From the NCBI GenBank assembly GCA_038203095.1, contig JBBREH010000001.1:431-64430 (forward strand): DNA of 64,000 nucleotides, read 5' to 3'. The notes beneath the pieces were generated by a model. The model was not told the origin of the DNA and did not search any database. It saw only the letters and a list, made by a program, of their open reading frames with translations. Positions 27,669 to 36,096 of the stretch are shown here, in pieces; the first letter of the stretch is position 1, and each line of letters begins with the position of its first letter. The position numbers and the translations under genes are program-made. This DNA is from Candidatus Doudnabacteria bacterium. GTDB taxonomy: Bacteria > Patescibacteriota > Doudnabacteria > UBA920.

Positions 27669-28505
27669 ATGACAACAAAAATCTTTCTCGACTCAGGCGA
27701 CCCCGTTGAAACCAAACAAGCTTTAAAGTTGCTTGGGTTTTTGGACGGGCAAACTACTAATCCGTCGTTAATTGCTAAAAATCCGGCCACCAGCGGAAAA
27801 AAATTTACTGAAGATGAACTGCTAAAATTTTACCGTGGTATAGTTACAGAAGTCTCGTCGCTCATTCCAAAAGGCAGTGTTTCAATAGAAGTTTATGCGG
27901 ACAAAAATATGTTGGCAAATGAAATGCTGGCGCAGGGTAGGGAGTTTAATACTTGGATTCCGAACGCCCATATTAAATATCCGACTACGACCGAAGGTTT
28001 AAAGGCAGCTGAAATAAGCGTGAAAGAGGGAATGAGGGTAAATATGACGCTAGTTTTTAGTCAGGAGCAGGCTGCTGCAGTTTATGCCGCAACAAAAGGA
28101 GCATTGCGCGGACAAGTTTATTTGTCGCCATTCGTGGGTAGGCTGGATGACCGTGGGGAGAATGGCATGGATTTTGTTTCTAACGTCGTAAAAATGTATG
28201 AACAAGGCGACGGACATGTGGAAATTTTGTCAGCTTCAATTAGGTCAAGCGAACATATGAGAAAGGCGATTGAACAGGGTAGTGATATTATTACGGCACC
28301 GCTAAAAGTTTTAAAAGAGTGGGTAGAGGCGGGATCTTCCTCCTCCCCTCGCCAGGGGAGGATGCCCATAGGACAGGAGAGTTTGCTGCCAATTCTTTAT
28401 CAGGATATCAGCTTAAACAAGCCCTGGCAGGAATATAATTTACAGCATAATTTAACTAATGCCGGTTTGGAAAAATTTACAAGTGACTGGAATTCCTTAT
28501 TATAA
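27669..28505 (+). CDS. tal: Transaldolase (Fsa/TalC-type)
   Basis: IFLDSGDP...TTNPSL motifs. ATG at 27669. C-terminal region carries an extra segment that includes the palindromic element at 28342..28361. Confidence 0.8.
   Translation: MTTKIFLDSGDPVETKQALKLLGFLDGQTTNPSLIAKNPATSGKKFTEDELLKFYRGIVTEVSSLIPKGSVSIEVYADKNMLANEMLAQGREFNTWIPNAHIKYPTTTEGLKAAEISVKEGMRVNMTLVFSQEQAAAVYAATKGALRGQVYLSPFVGRLDDRGENGMDFVSNVVKMYEQGDGHVEILSASIRSSEHMRKAIEQGSDIITAPLKVLKEWVEAGSSSSPRQGRMPIGQESLLPILYQDISLNKPWQEYNLQHNLTNAGLEKFTSDWNSLL
28342..28361. repeat. G/C-rich hairpin inserted in-frame in the transaldolase gene
   Basis: CCTCCCC-TCGCCA-GGGGAGG within a C-terminal extra segment (SSSSPRQGRMPIG). Confidence 0.55.
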
Positions 28506-28513
28506 CATAAAAT

Positions 28514-29248
28514 CCACTTGGAAGAGGGGACACCTCTTCCAAGTGGGACTAATCTATTAATAAAGCTTGAATTTGTTTTTGTTTTTCTATTAGAGGACCG
28601 CTTTCTTCTACAAATTTTTTATAATCGTTAACCGTCTTAAATTTATCCATAATAACTCGCTTATCACAAAGGCCATCGTTTCTTTTTTCAATGTAATCCG
28701 AATAACTACTAAAGGCATATTCATCCGGAGTTTTTACAATCCCGGCCACAGTTGGGTTTTGATGAATATAGGCCGAAAGCCAAGTTAAATAAGATTCATT
28801 TTCTACCGGTATGGCTTTGAATGCTCCTTGAAATAAATGGCCCACATGGTCGTATTTTTTTTGAAAGTAGACTGCGTAGCCGGTGCATAGTTTTTGGATC
28901 AGTTTGCTAATTTTAATTTCGTTGTTTTGTCTTATTAATAAATGAAAATGGTTAGGCATAAGACAATAGCAGATTAAAGAAAATGCATCTGTAGGCAATT
29001 GCTTTCTTTTGTATTTTATATCAAGAGAGCTTGGGCTAACTTCCAATTCATTTTCTGGGAATAAATTTTCTCTTAATCGATGAATAAAAATTCCATAATC
29101 TTGGGGATCAAAAAAAATATCATTTTTACCATTACCTCGATTAAAGACATGATAATAATTTCCCGCAGTAAAAGTTTTGTAATCACGATAACGCATAATC
29201 ATATTATACCATAAAATTAACTTGGAAGAGGGGACACCTCTTCCAGTT
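28514..29248. mobile_element. IS200/IS605-like or RAYT-like unit: Y1 transposase flanked by near-identical palindromic hairpins
   Basis: CCACTTGGAAGAGG-GGACA-CCTCTTCCAAGTGG at 28514..28547 and AACTTGGAAGAGG-GGACA-CCTCTTCCAGTT at 29219..29248; 40 nt from tRNA-Pro. Confidence 0.6.
28549..29202 (-). CDS. HUH-Y1 transposase (IS200-like / REP-associated tyrosine transposase-like)
   Basis: YHVFNRGN..IFFDPQDY; HUH motif in LMPNHFHLLI; downstream Tyr (YIHQNP). Probable start at M68 of the track ORF, because the upstream part overlaps tRNA-Pro. Confidence 0.65.
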   Translation of the reverse strand: MIMRYRDYKTFTAGNYYHVFNRGNGKNDIFFDPQDYGIFIHRLRENLFPENELEVSPSSLDIKYKRKQLPTDAFSLICYCLMPNHFHLLIRQNNEIKISKLIQKLCTGYAVYFQKKYDHVGHLFQGAFKAIPVENESYLTWLSAYIHQNPTVAGIVKTPDEYAFSSYSDYIEKRNDGLCDKRVIMDKFKTVNDYKKFVEESGPLIEKQKQIQALLID

Positions 29249-29288
29249 GTGCAAGTTGGTTGGAAATGGTACACTTTATCAAGTATTT

Positions 29289-29362
29289 CGGGCTGTAGTA
29301 TACCGGTAGTACGTCTGCTTTGGGAGCAGATAGACTGGGTTCGATTCCCAGCAGCCCGACCA
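29289..29362 (+). tRNA. tRNA-Pro (anticodon TGG), CCA encoded
   Basis: Acceptor CGGGCTG/CAGCCCG; anticodon stem TCTGC/GCAGA with loop TTTGGGA; T-arm CTGGG-TTCGATT-CCCAG. Confidence 0.8.
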
Positions 29363-29424
29363 TGAGCCGCTCTCAGTCTAAGGCGAATTCGGGTTGAAAG
29401 CACGACGATTCAACCAAAATCTTT

Positions 29425-29453
29425 TTGACAAATCAACAGCCTTATATTATAAT
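29425..29453 (+). promoter_or_regulatory. Perfect-consensus sigma70 promoter (TTGACA-N17-TATAAT)
   Basis: TTGACA at 29425..29430, TATAAT at 29448..29453; about 550 nt upstream of the large surface-protein gene. Confidence 0.55.
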
Positions 29454-30007
29454 ACACAAACTTAATCAGAATTTACTTCAACTTATCCCCAAAATGGTTG
29501 TTTTTAAGAACATTTAAGCCTAAATAGTCAGGAAAAGCGCATAAGTAAATTTTGCCTTAAATAAGGCAGAAATTATGAACTTTTCCTGGCTTTTTGCGTG
29601 TGTTTGGGAGTAAAGGTTAGAATTGGGCGAAAGCTGTAACACTTGGAGAAAATAAGCGTCTGGGTATACATAGGGCATAATCAGAAATCAGGAAGCAAAT
29701 AAAACCGCAAAATACAGCCCAAATCATTTGTTTTATTGAACCTTATGGCTTTAGGCGAGCTATAAGGGCTATTAATAGCCTTGGTCGATCTTATGGCGTT
29801 TACACTTATGCACCAAATTTTGGCGCATAGGAAAGGTTTAACGCTTAAGGATTCAATAAACATTATCTTGCCAAACAGTTTTAGCGATCTCTAGAGCGCT
29901 AAATCCTAAGTAAGCGGGGTAGTGCAATTAATTAAAATATTTTAGGCTACTTTATTGATTGTCTCAATTGAATAATCAATTTTGCCTAAAATGGAGTATT
30001 ATATAAA

Positions 30008-33000
30008 ATGCAAAATTCTGTCGCAAAGAAAATCTTTGCAGTAGGATCCGCGGTTGCTATGACATTGTCATTGGTAGTCCCGTTTGCGGCTCAAGCCGCG
30101 GCGCACGCTACCGGTACCAATGTCTCCAGCTCTGACGGCACTGTGTGGATGGTTACATCTACCGGTACCCGCCGCGCCTACACTTCCGCCGGCGCCTTCC
30201 TCTCCTATGGATTTAACTCCTGGAGCCAGGTTGTTCCCGCCAGCGCCGAAGATCTAGCCTTACCGGTTGATTCTGCCGGATTCATCCCCCCGCAAGACGG
30301 CACCATCTTTTGCGCCACTGCCACTAAAGGCTCTGACGTCAAAGGTGAATGTGCTTTAATTTCCGGCGGTATGAAGCGCTCATTCACATCAGCCTCGGTC
30401 TTTACCGGCCTTGGTTTTAGCTTCGCCCGCGCCGTAAACGGAGATTCCTCCTTTATGAGCAAAGGCGCCAATGTTGACAACAGCACCATGGCTCATTTGC
30501 CTGGCGTACTTGTTAACAACAACGGCACCGTCCAGTTAGTCGGCTCAAACGGCTTGCTAGGCGTACCGGATTTAGCCACCTTCAATTCCTGGGGCTATTC
30601 CTTTGCCAACGTTGTCCCGGCTAACGCCGCCGACAAAGCCATGACCCAAACCGGCGTTATGGTTGCCCGTTTGGCCGGACAATTGTCCCCAAGCTGGACA
30701 CCAGCCCAACCATGCACCAGCAACTGCACTCCTCCTCCTGCTAACGGTGGTGGTTTGAGTGTTTCTTTGAGCTCTGCTACTCCTGCCGCTTCTAACGTAG
30801 CTGCCGGAGCTGCCTTTATTCCTTTTACTGCCATCAACTTTACCGCAGCCGGCAACCCGGTTGTAGTAACCGGCGTAAAAGTTAAAAGAGGCGGACTTGG
30901 CGCCGACAGCAACCTGAACAATATGTATTTGTTCAACGGTGCTCAAATGTTAGCTCAGTCTTCTTCTGTTCAAAATGGCGTAGTCACTTATTCCAACAGC
31001 GCAGGTTTGTTCACGGTTCCCGCGAACAGCACCTTAACTATTTGGGTTAAGGGTGACTTGTCTTCCGGCACATCCAGCGGTTTAACCTATACATTTAGTG
31101 TTAACGCCGCTTCGGACATTACCTCCAATGCTTCCAGCGTTAGCGGTTCTTTCCCAATTACCGGTAATATGGTTACCAGCGCAACTGTTGTCTCGCCTTC
31201 TTTGGCGAGTTTGACCGTTGCCGGTATTTCCACAGGTGGCACGGTTAACGCCGGCACCAACAGCTTCTTGGCCGCCCAATATTCTTTACAGTCTGCCAAC
31301 AGCTCTGTAAAAGTAAACGGTATTACATTAACTTTTGTCGGCTCCGCGGCGCTTTCCAGCATTGCGAACGTCAAGTTAATGGCCAACGGCACACAGGTCG
31401 GTTCTACTATGACCAGCCTCTCCAGCACAGTTGTATTCTTTGATTTGTCTTCGGCTCCTTTAATGGTGCCAACAGGCAACACTGTCAACTTGCAGGTAAT
31501 TGCCGATATTACCGGTAGCGCCAACAGAACAGGCAACCTGTTCTCCATTCAGCGCAACTATGATATCCAAAGCTATGACACTACCTACAACGTAGGTATT
31601 TTGTCCTCCAGCACTTTCCCTGTAAATGGCACCAGCTTCTCGATTAATGCCGGTACCTTAACGGTTAACCGCGATGTCACCAGCCGCACCACTCAAATTG
31701 CTCCTGGTCAGACAAACCTCACTTTGGCTACATTTTCATTCCAGGCCAACGGTGAAGACGTAAAAATCTTGAACTTGCCGTTTAAAATTGCCGGCAACGG
31801 TTCCGGTAAATTGGATATCAACAATATCAAATTGGTTGATAACGCGGGTTTTGGTCTAGGCACATCTGATACCACCGAAAAGAATGTGGTAGCTACTCCC
31901 TACACCAACAGCTCTGGCGCGGTTAATGCTCCAGGTTTCCAACAGACCTCTAACTTTAATTATGTCATTCCTGCCAATACCACTCGCTTAATTAGCATTG
32001 TGGCCGACATAATTTCTAGCACTACTTCTACAACTGCTACCGCTTCTTTGACCGGTGGTTCTTCCAACGCTCAAGGCGTAGTTTCAGTTGCCAGTATTAC
32101 TACTCCTGCAGTTTCCGGTAACACTTTGACTGTTAGCACTACTTTGCTTACAGCCACTTTGAGTTCCGGTATGGCCAACCCAAGCTTGGTTGTTCCTAAC
32201 TCCCAGTCGACCAAAGTCGGTTCCTTTGCGATAAACGCAGGTGGAGCTGATTCTGTAGATATTACCACTGTGCAGGTTACTACCGGCGCGACTTCTGTTG
32301 CAGCCAACTTTAACCAATTGGCAGTTATGGTAGGTACTACTCAAGTTGGGCAAACTCAAACCACTTTGAGCAACAGCACTGCCTATAGCTTTAGCCCTGC
32401 TACGGCCATTTCTATTCCGGCCGGCGGTAGCGTGACCATAGATGTCTACGCTGGCGTTCAAAGCGGAGCTGAAACTTCGGTGAACCAAAATGTTGTGTCG
32501 TTGACAGGTCTTACTTCTCAACTACACACCAGCGGTTCCACTATTACCTTCCCGGGTCTCGTTACCGGACAGACCGTTAAGGTTACCGGCAACGGCGCTG
32601 TAACCATTACTCAAAGCCCGAACACTCCGGTGTCCAGGCAATTGGCAATGAACCAGGCTGGCCAAATCTTGGGCGTTATCAAGATTGGTGAAACTACAGG
32701 CAACGAAGCTGCCACTTTGACAGATATTACCATCACCGCCACCGGCGTTGCTGGTACTACCCTAAACGGTACTGCGTCAGCCTCTTTGAACTCCTTGCTT
32801 AACTTCACAATCTCCGCTGCCGACAATGCGGGTACAGCTATTGGTTCGCCTGTTACCAGGTCTTCTTGGACTTCAGGCACCGACGGTACCGGCACCGTGG
32901 TTTACACCGTTACCTTCAACAACGTAAGCTTAGCTATCCCGGCGGGACCTGGTAAGTATATGAACTTGACGGTTAAAGCTGACTTAAACAGCTTTACCAA

Positions 33001-33655
33001 CGGCGCGGCTTCCAACTCAATGTGGACTGTCGGTTTGGCCTCGGCTTCTGCCGCGACCATCCGCGGAACCTCTTCCACCGCAACCATTACTCCGACTTTA
33101 ACCGCCAACGCTACTTCTAATACCACAACGGTTCTTAGAACTACTATTGGCGTAGCCTCGGTTGGCTCAATTGCCAGCCCGGTTAGCGTAAGCGTTAGCC
33201 CAACCGGTGTTCCGAGCGCGACGGAAAATATGGCCATCTTTGCGGTTACTGCTTCTAACAGCGGTGACGCAATTGTGCAAAGCATTACTTTGCAACAAGG
33301 TGGTACAGCCCCAACAGGTGTTGCTGTAAACTACACAGTGTTTGACGCCGCTCAAGGCCTCTCCAGCGCTGTGAGTGTAGCTACTGCCATTACTGGTTCT
33401 ACCGCAACTGCGGTTACCCTAAACCTAAACTCCGCTGCCACTGCTGGCGGTGTGACTATTGGCGCAGGTCAAACCAAGTACTTGGTAGTCCAGGCAAACA
33501 CAACCAACTTTAACACCAACAGTGGCAACAGCTCCAAGTCTTACAGCTTGCAAGCTACCACTTGGCGCTTTAGCGACGGTACAACCGGCGTAGGCCCTTC
33601 TAGCGATGCTAGCTCGGTCACCGCAGTTACCACCGGCGCTTCCCGCACATACTAA
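30008..33655 (+). CDS. Very large secreted surface protein (candidate S-layer/adhesin), T/S/A/G/N-rich
   Basis: Signal peptide with AQAAAHA cleavage motif. N-terminal ..F.SWGY modules as in the 14174 protein. About 1000 aa of low-complexity beta-rich repeats. Minus-strand ORFs inside it are composition artefacts. Confidence 0.7.
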   Translation: MQNSVAKKIFAVGSAVAMTLSLVVPFAAQAAAHATGTNVSSSDGTVWMVTSTGTRRAYTSAGAFLSYGFNSWSQVVPASAEDLALPVDSAGFIPPQDGTIFCATATKGSDVKGECALISGGMKRSFTSASVFTGLGFSFARAVNGDSSFMSKGANVDNSTMAHLPGVLVNNNGTVQLVGSNGLLGVPDLATFNSWGYSFANVVPANAADKAMTQTGVMVARLAGQLSPSWTPAQPCTSNCTPPPANGGGLSVSLSSATPAASNVAAGAAFIPFTAINFTAAGNPVVVTGVKVKRGGLGADSNLNNMYLFNGAQMLAQSSSVQNGVVTYSNSAGLFTVPANSTLTIWVKGDLSSGTSSGLTYTFSVNAASDITSNASSVSGSFPITGNMVTSATVVSPSLASLTVAGISTGGTVNAGTNSFLAAQYSLQSANSSVKVNGITLTFVGSAALSSIANVKLMANGTQVGSTMTSLSSTVVFFDLSSAPLMVPTGNTVNLQVIADITGSANRTGNLFSIQRNYDIQSYDTTYNVGILSSSTFPVNGTSFSINAGTLTVNRDVTSRTTQIAPGQTNLTLATFSFQANGEDVKILNLPFKIAGNGSGKLDINNIKLVDNAGFGLGTSDTTEKNVVATPYTNSSGAVNAPGFQQTSNFNYVIPANTTRLISIVADIISSTTSTTATASLTGGSSNAQGVVSVASITTPAVSGNTLTVSTTLLTATLSSGMANPSLVVPNSQSTKVGSFAINAGGADSVDITTVQVTTGATSVAANFNQLAVMVGTTQVGQTQTTLSNSTAYSFSPATAISIPAGGSVTIDVYAGVQSGAETSVNQNVVSLTGLTSQLHTSGSTITFPGLVTGQTVKVTGNGAVTITQSPNTPVSRQLAMNQAGQILGVIKIGETTGNEAATLTDITITATGVAGTTLNGTASASLNSLLNFTISAADNAGTAIGSPVTRSSWTSGTDGTGTVVYTVTFNNVSLAIPAGPGKYMNLTVKADLNSFTNGAASNSMWTVGLASASAATIRGTSSTATITPTLTANATSNTTTVLRTTIGVASVGSIASPVSVSVSPTGVPSATENMAIFAVTASNSGDAIVQSITLQQGGTAPTGVAVNYTVFDAAQGLSSAVSVATAITGSTATAVTLNLNSAATAGGVTIGAGQTKYLVVQANTTNFNTNSGNSSKSYSLQATTWRFSDGTTGVGPSSDASSVTAVTTGASRTY

Positions 33656-33714
33656 TTTTAAAGTTTTAGTATAAATTACAGCTTTTAATTAAGCTTTAAT
33701 TAGCGAACAAATTA

Positions 33715-33755
33715 CCCCGTCCTTTCTTTATTGAAAGGGCGGGGGTTTGTTTTTA
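33715..33755 (+). terminator. Rho-independent terminator after the surface-protein gene
   Basis: CCCCGTCCTTTC...GAAAGGGCGGGGG followed by a T-run. Confidence 0.65.
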
Positions 33756-33832
33756 GGCAGGGAAATTTGGTATAATCAAGTAGCCGTCGTTTGTGATAGT
33801 TTGCTTCAGGCAACAAAGAGCGTGATTTCTAT

Positions 33833-36079
33833 ATGAGCCAAACATTAGCCAATTTAAAGCTAAATAAAGCGGTGACCAATCTTTTTTTTGGTTTGGTTTT
33901 TTTAAGCTTGGTAGTGCCTTTGGTATTTACCAAACATTTGTTGTATCCGTTTATTTCGACTAAATCTTTGTTGTTAACGGGCGTTATTTTGATAGCTTTG
34001 CCCTGTTACGTTTATTTATTGGCACAAAACAAGAGCATTCGGCCAAATTCAAAAAATCCTATTAGCCTTTTGCTTCTGGTATTTATAACACTCAATTTTA
34101 TTGCCGCGGTATTTGGTGTGAATTTTGGCCGTAGCTTTTGGGGCAACTACGAACGAATGAGCGGGGTGTATTATTCCTTAAATTTACTACTCCTGTATTT
34201 TTATCTGTTTTCAATTTTTCAAATTAGGGAGAACTTAGGCAAAAAGTTTTTGGACGGGGTAATTCTGGTTGCCGGCTTAACATCAGCCTACGCGGTTTTG
34301 GAGCAAAGTGGGATTTTATTTTTTCAGGACGCCTCCTACCCTTCCCGTATTTCCAGCACCTTTGGTAACCCTATATTTTTTGCCAGCTTTTTAATTATCC
34401 CAATATTTTTAAGCGCCTTTTTCGCTGTTGAAGAAAGCGTTAAATGGAAAAAGATTTTTTATTGGGCTTGTTCGGTTTTGGGCATATGGGCAATATTTTT
34501 AAGCAAAACCAGAGGCGCGGAATTTGGCTTAGGCTTAACTTTTGTAGTTTTTGGTTTGATTTTTTTGCTTAATTCTAAAAACAAGCGCTTGCTAAAAGCA
34601 GGGTGGGGGATTTTTGCCGGGTTGGTGTTAGGGGCTGTTTTGCTGTTTAGTTTTCGTAGTCATTTTGATTCCTCTTCAGTCATTGGCCGAGCTTTAACTT
34701 TTAGCGATGGCAATACCAAAGCGCGTCTAATTCAGTGGCAAAGCGGGCTAAAGGGATTTAAAGATCATCCAATTTTAGGAGTTGGGCCGGAGAATTATTA
34801 CGTTATTGCCAATAAATATTTTAATCCGGAAATTTATAAATACGATTCCACTTGGTTTGACAAGCCCCACAATTTTTTACTGGAAGTTTTGCTAACAACG
34901 GGTTTGCTTGGGTTTATGGCTTATATTGGTTTAGTTAGTTTTGTATTTGTCTCGTTTAGAAAAGCGCAGAAGAGTGGTTTAATTTCATTTACTCAGTTTT
35001 GCCTGCTTTCGTCCGCTATGTTTGCTTACCAGGCGCAAAATTTATTTGTCTTTGATACTACCTCAGCAGCCTGGGCATTTTTTATTTTTTTGGCATTTGC
35101 CGGATATTTATGGCAGGCGAGTTTGCCGGAAATTAGTAGTGCCAGCCAAAATCAATCTAAAGTAAACTCTTTGCCGATTTTGCCTCAAGCCCTGCTGGTT
35201 GTTGTTGGTGTGTTGAGTTTTTACGTTTGGTATGTTACCAATTGGGGAACAATTAAAGTTTTATATAATTTAAATATTGCCTATGCCTTAGGTATAAAAA
35301 ATCCCAAAATTACCGCGGAGTATTATGAGCGCGCAGCCGGTCAGCCGTTTGTTTATGATAGGGGAGACATTGGCGTAAAGTATGGCGAGTTTGCGGTGCA
35401 GACGGCACAAGATTTAGGCGCGAGCTTGGAGCCTGGTTTTATTAATCAAACTTTAGATAACGCGGCCAAAGTGCTGGAAAAAACCGTGGCCGGGGTAAAT
35501 AATAACCCCATTTATTGGTATCATTTGGCCAACGATTACAACACAAAAAGTATTTTTAATAAAAGCGCGGTTTTGCCACGGGCTGTGGAGGCGGTAAATA
35601 AAGCCATTGCTTTGGTCCCGACCAGGGTTGAGCCTAAGTTTTTTTTGGTGCAAATTAAAGGTTTGCAAAATGATATTCCCAGCGTGGTAAAAATTTCTGA
35701 AGAAATAGCGGCCGCTGTACCTTGGAACGCGGAAACCAAATGGCGCCTGGCTTTGGCCTATAAAGACGCTAAGCGGCTTGATGACGCTATAGTTCAAGCC
35801 AAGCTTGCTTTAGCCGGTGGGTATAAATTTAAGCTGGTAAAGGAATTTCGTTGGCTAATAAATTATTACGCGGACAAAGAAGACTACCCCCAGGTCGCTT
35901 TACTCTACGAACAGGCTATAGTGCTTTCGCCTAATGATTTCCAGCTCTATGCCAGCTTAGCCACGGTTTATGCTAAACTAGGGGAGAAGGACAAAGCCAT
36001 TTTGGCGGCGCAAAAAGTGGTTGAATTGAACCCGGCTTCTAAAGCTAATGTTGATGCTTTTATAAAATCTTTGCAATAA
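33833..36079 (+). CDS. O-antigen-ligase-domain (Wzy_C) membrane protein with C-terminal TPR repeats
   Basis: LSKTRGAEFG and GVGPENYY motifs in a polytopic N-terminal domain; TPR-like C-terminus. Confidence 0.7.
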   Translation: MSQTLANLKLNKAVTNLFFGLVFLSLVVPLVFTKHLLYPFISTKSLLLTGVILIALPCYVYLLAQNKSIRPNSKNPISLLLLVFITLNFIAAVFGVNFGRSFWGNYERMSGVYYSLNLLLLYFYLFSIFQIRENLGKKFLDGVILVAGLTSAYAVLEQSGILFFQDASYPSRISSTFGNPIFFASFLIIPIFLSAFFAVEESVKWKKIFYWACSVLGIWAIFLSKTRGAEFGLGLTFVVFGLIFLLNSKNKRLLKAGWGIFAGLVLGAVLLFSFRSHFDSSSVIGRALTFSDGNTKARLIQWQSGLKGFKDHPILGVGPENYYVIANKYFNPEIYKYDSTWFDKPHNFLLEVLLTTGLLGFMAYIGLVSFVFVSFRKAQKSGLISFTQFCLLSSAMFAYQAQNLFVFDTTSAAWAFFIFLAFAGYLWQASLPEISSASQNQSKVNSLPILPQALLVVVGVLSFYVWYVTNWGTIKVLYNLNIAYALGIKNPKITAEYYERAAGQPFVYDRGDIGVKYGEFAVQTAQDLGASLEPGFINQTLDNAAKVLEKTVAGVNNNPIYWYHLANDYNTKSIFNKSAVLPRAVEAVNKAIALVPTRVEPKFFLVQIKGLQNDIPSVVKISEEIAAAVPWNAETKWRLALAYKDAKRLDDAIVQAKLALAGGYKFKLVKEFRWLINYYADKEDYPQVALLYEQAIVLSPNDFQLYASLATVYAKLGEKDKAILAAQKVVELNPASKANVDAFIKSLQ

Positions 36080-36096
36080 TAAATTTTAAATAATCT

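Noticed and set aside
30205-33355. Many minus-strand ORFs and an apparently GC-richer composition across 30.0-33.7 kb (possible HGT island or overlapping genes)
   Set aside because: Explained by the Ala/Gly/Thr/Ser-rich low-complexity surface protein on the plus strand; the antisense ORFs are composition artefacts.
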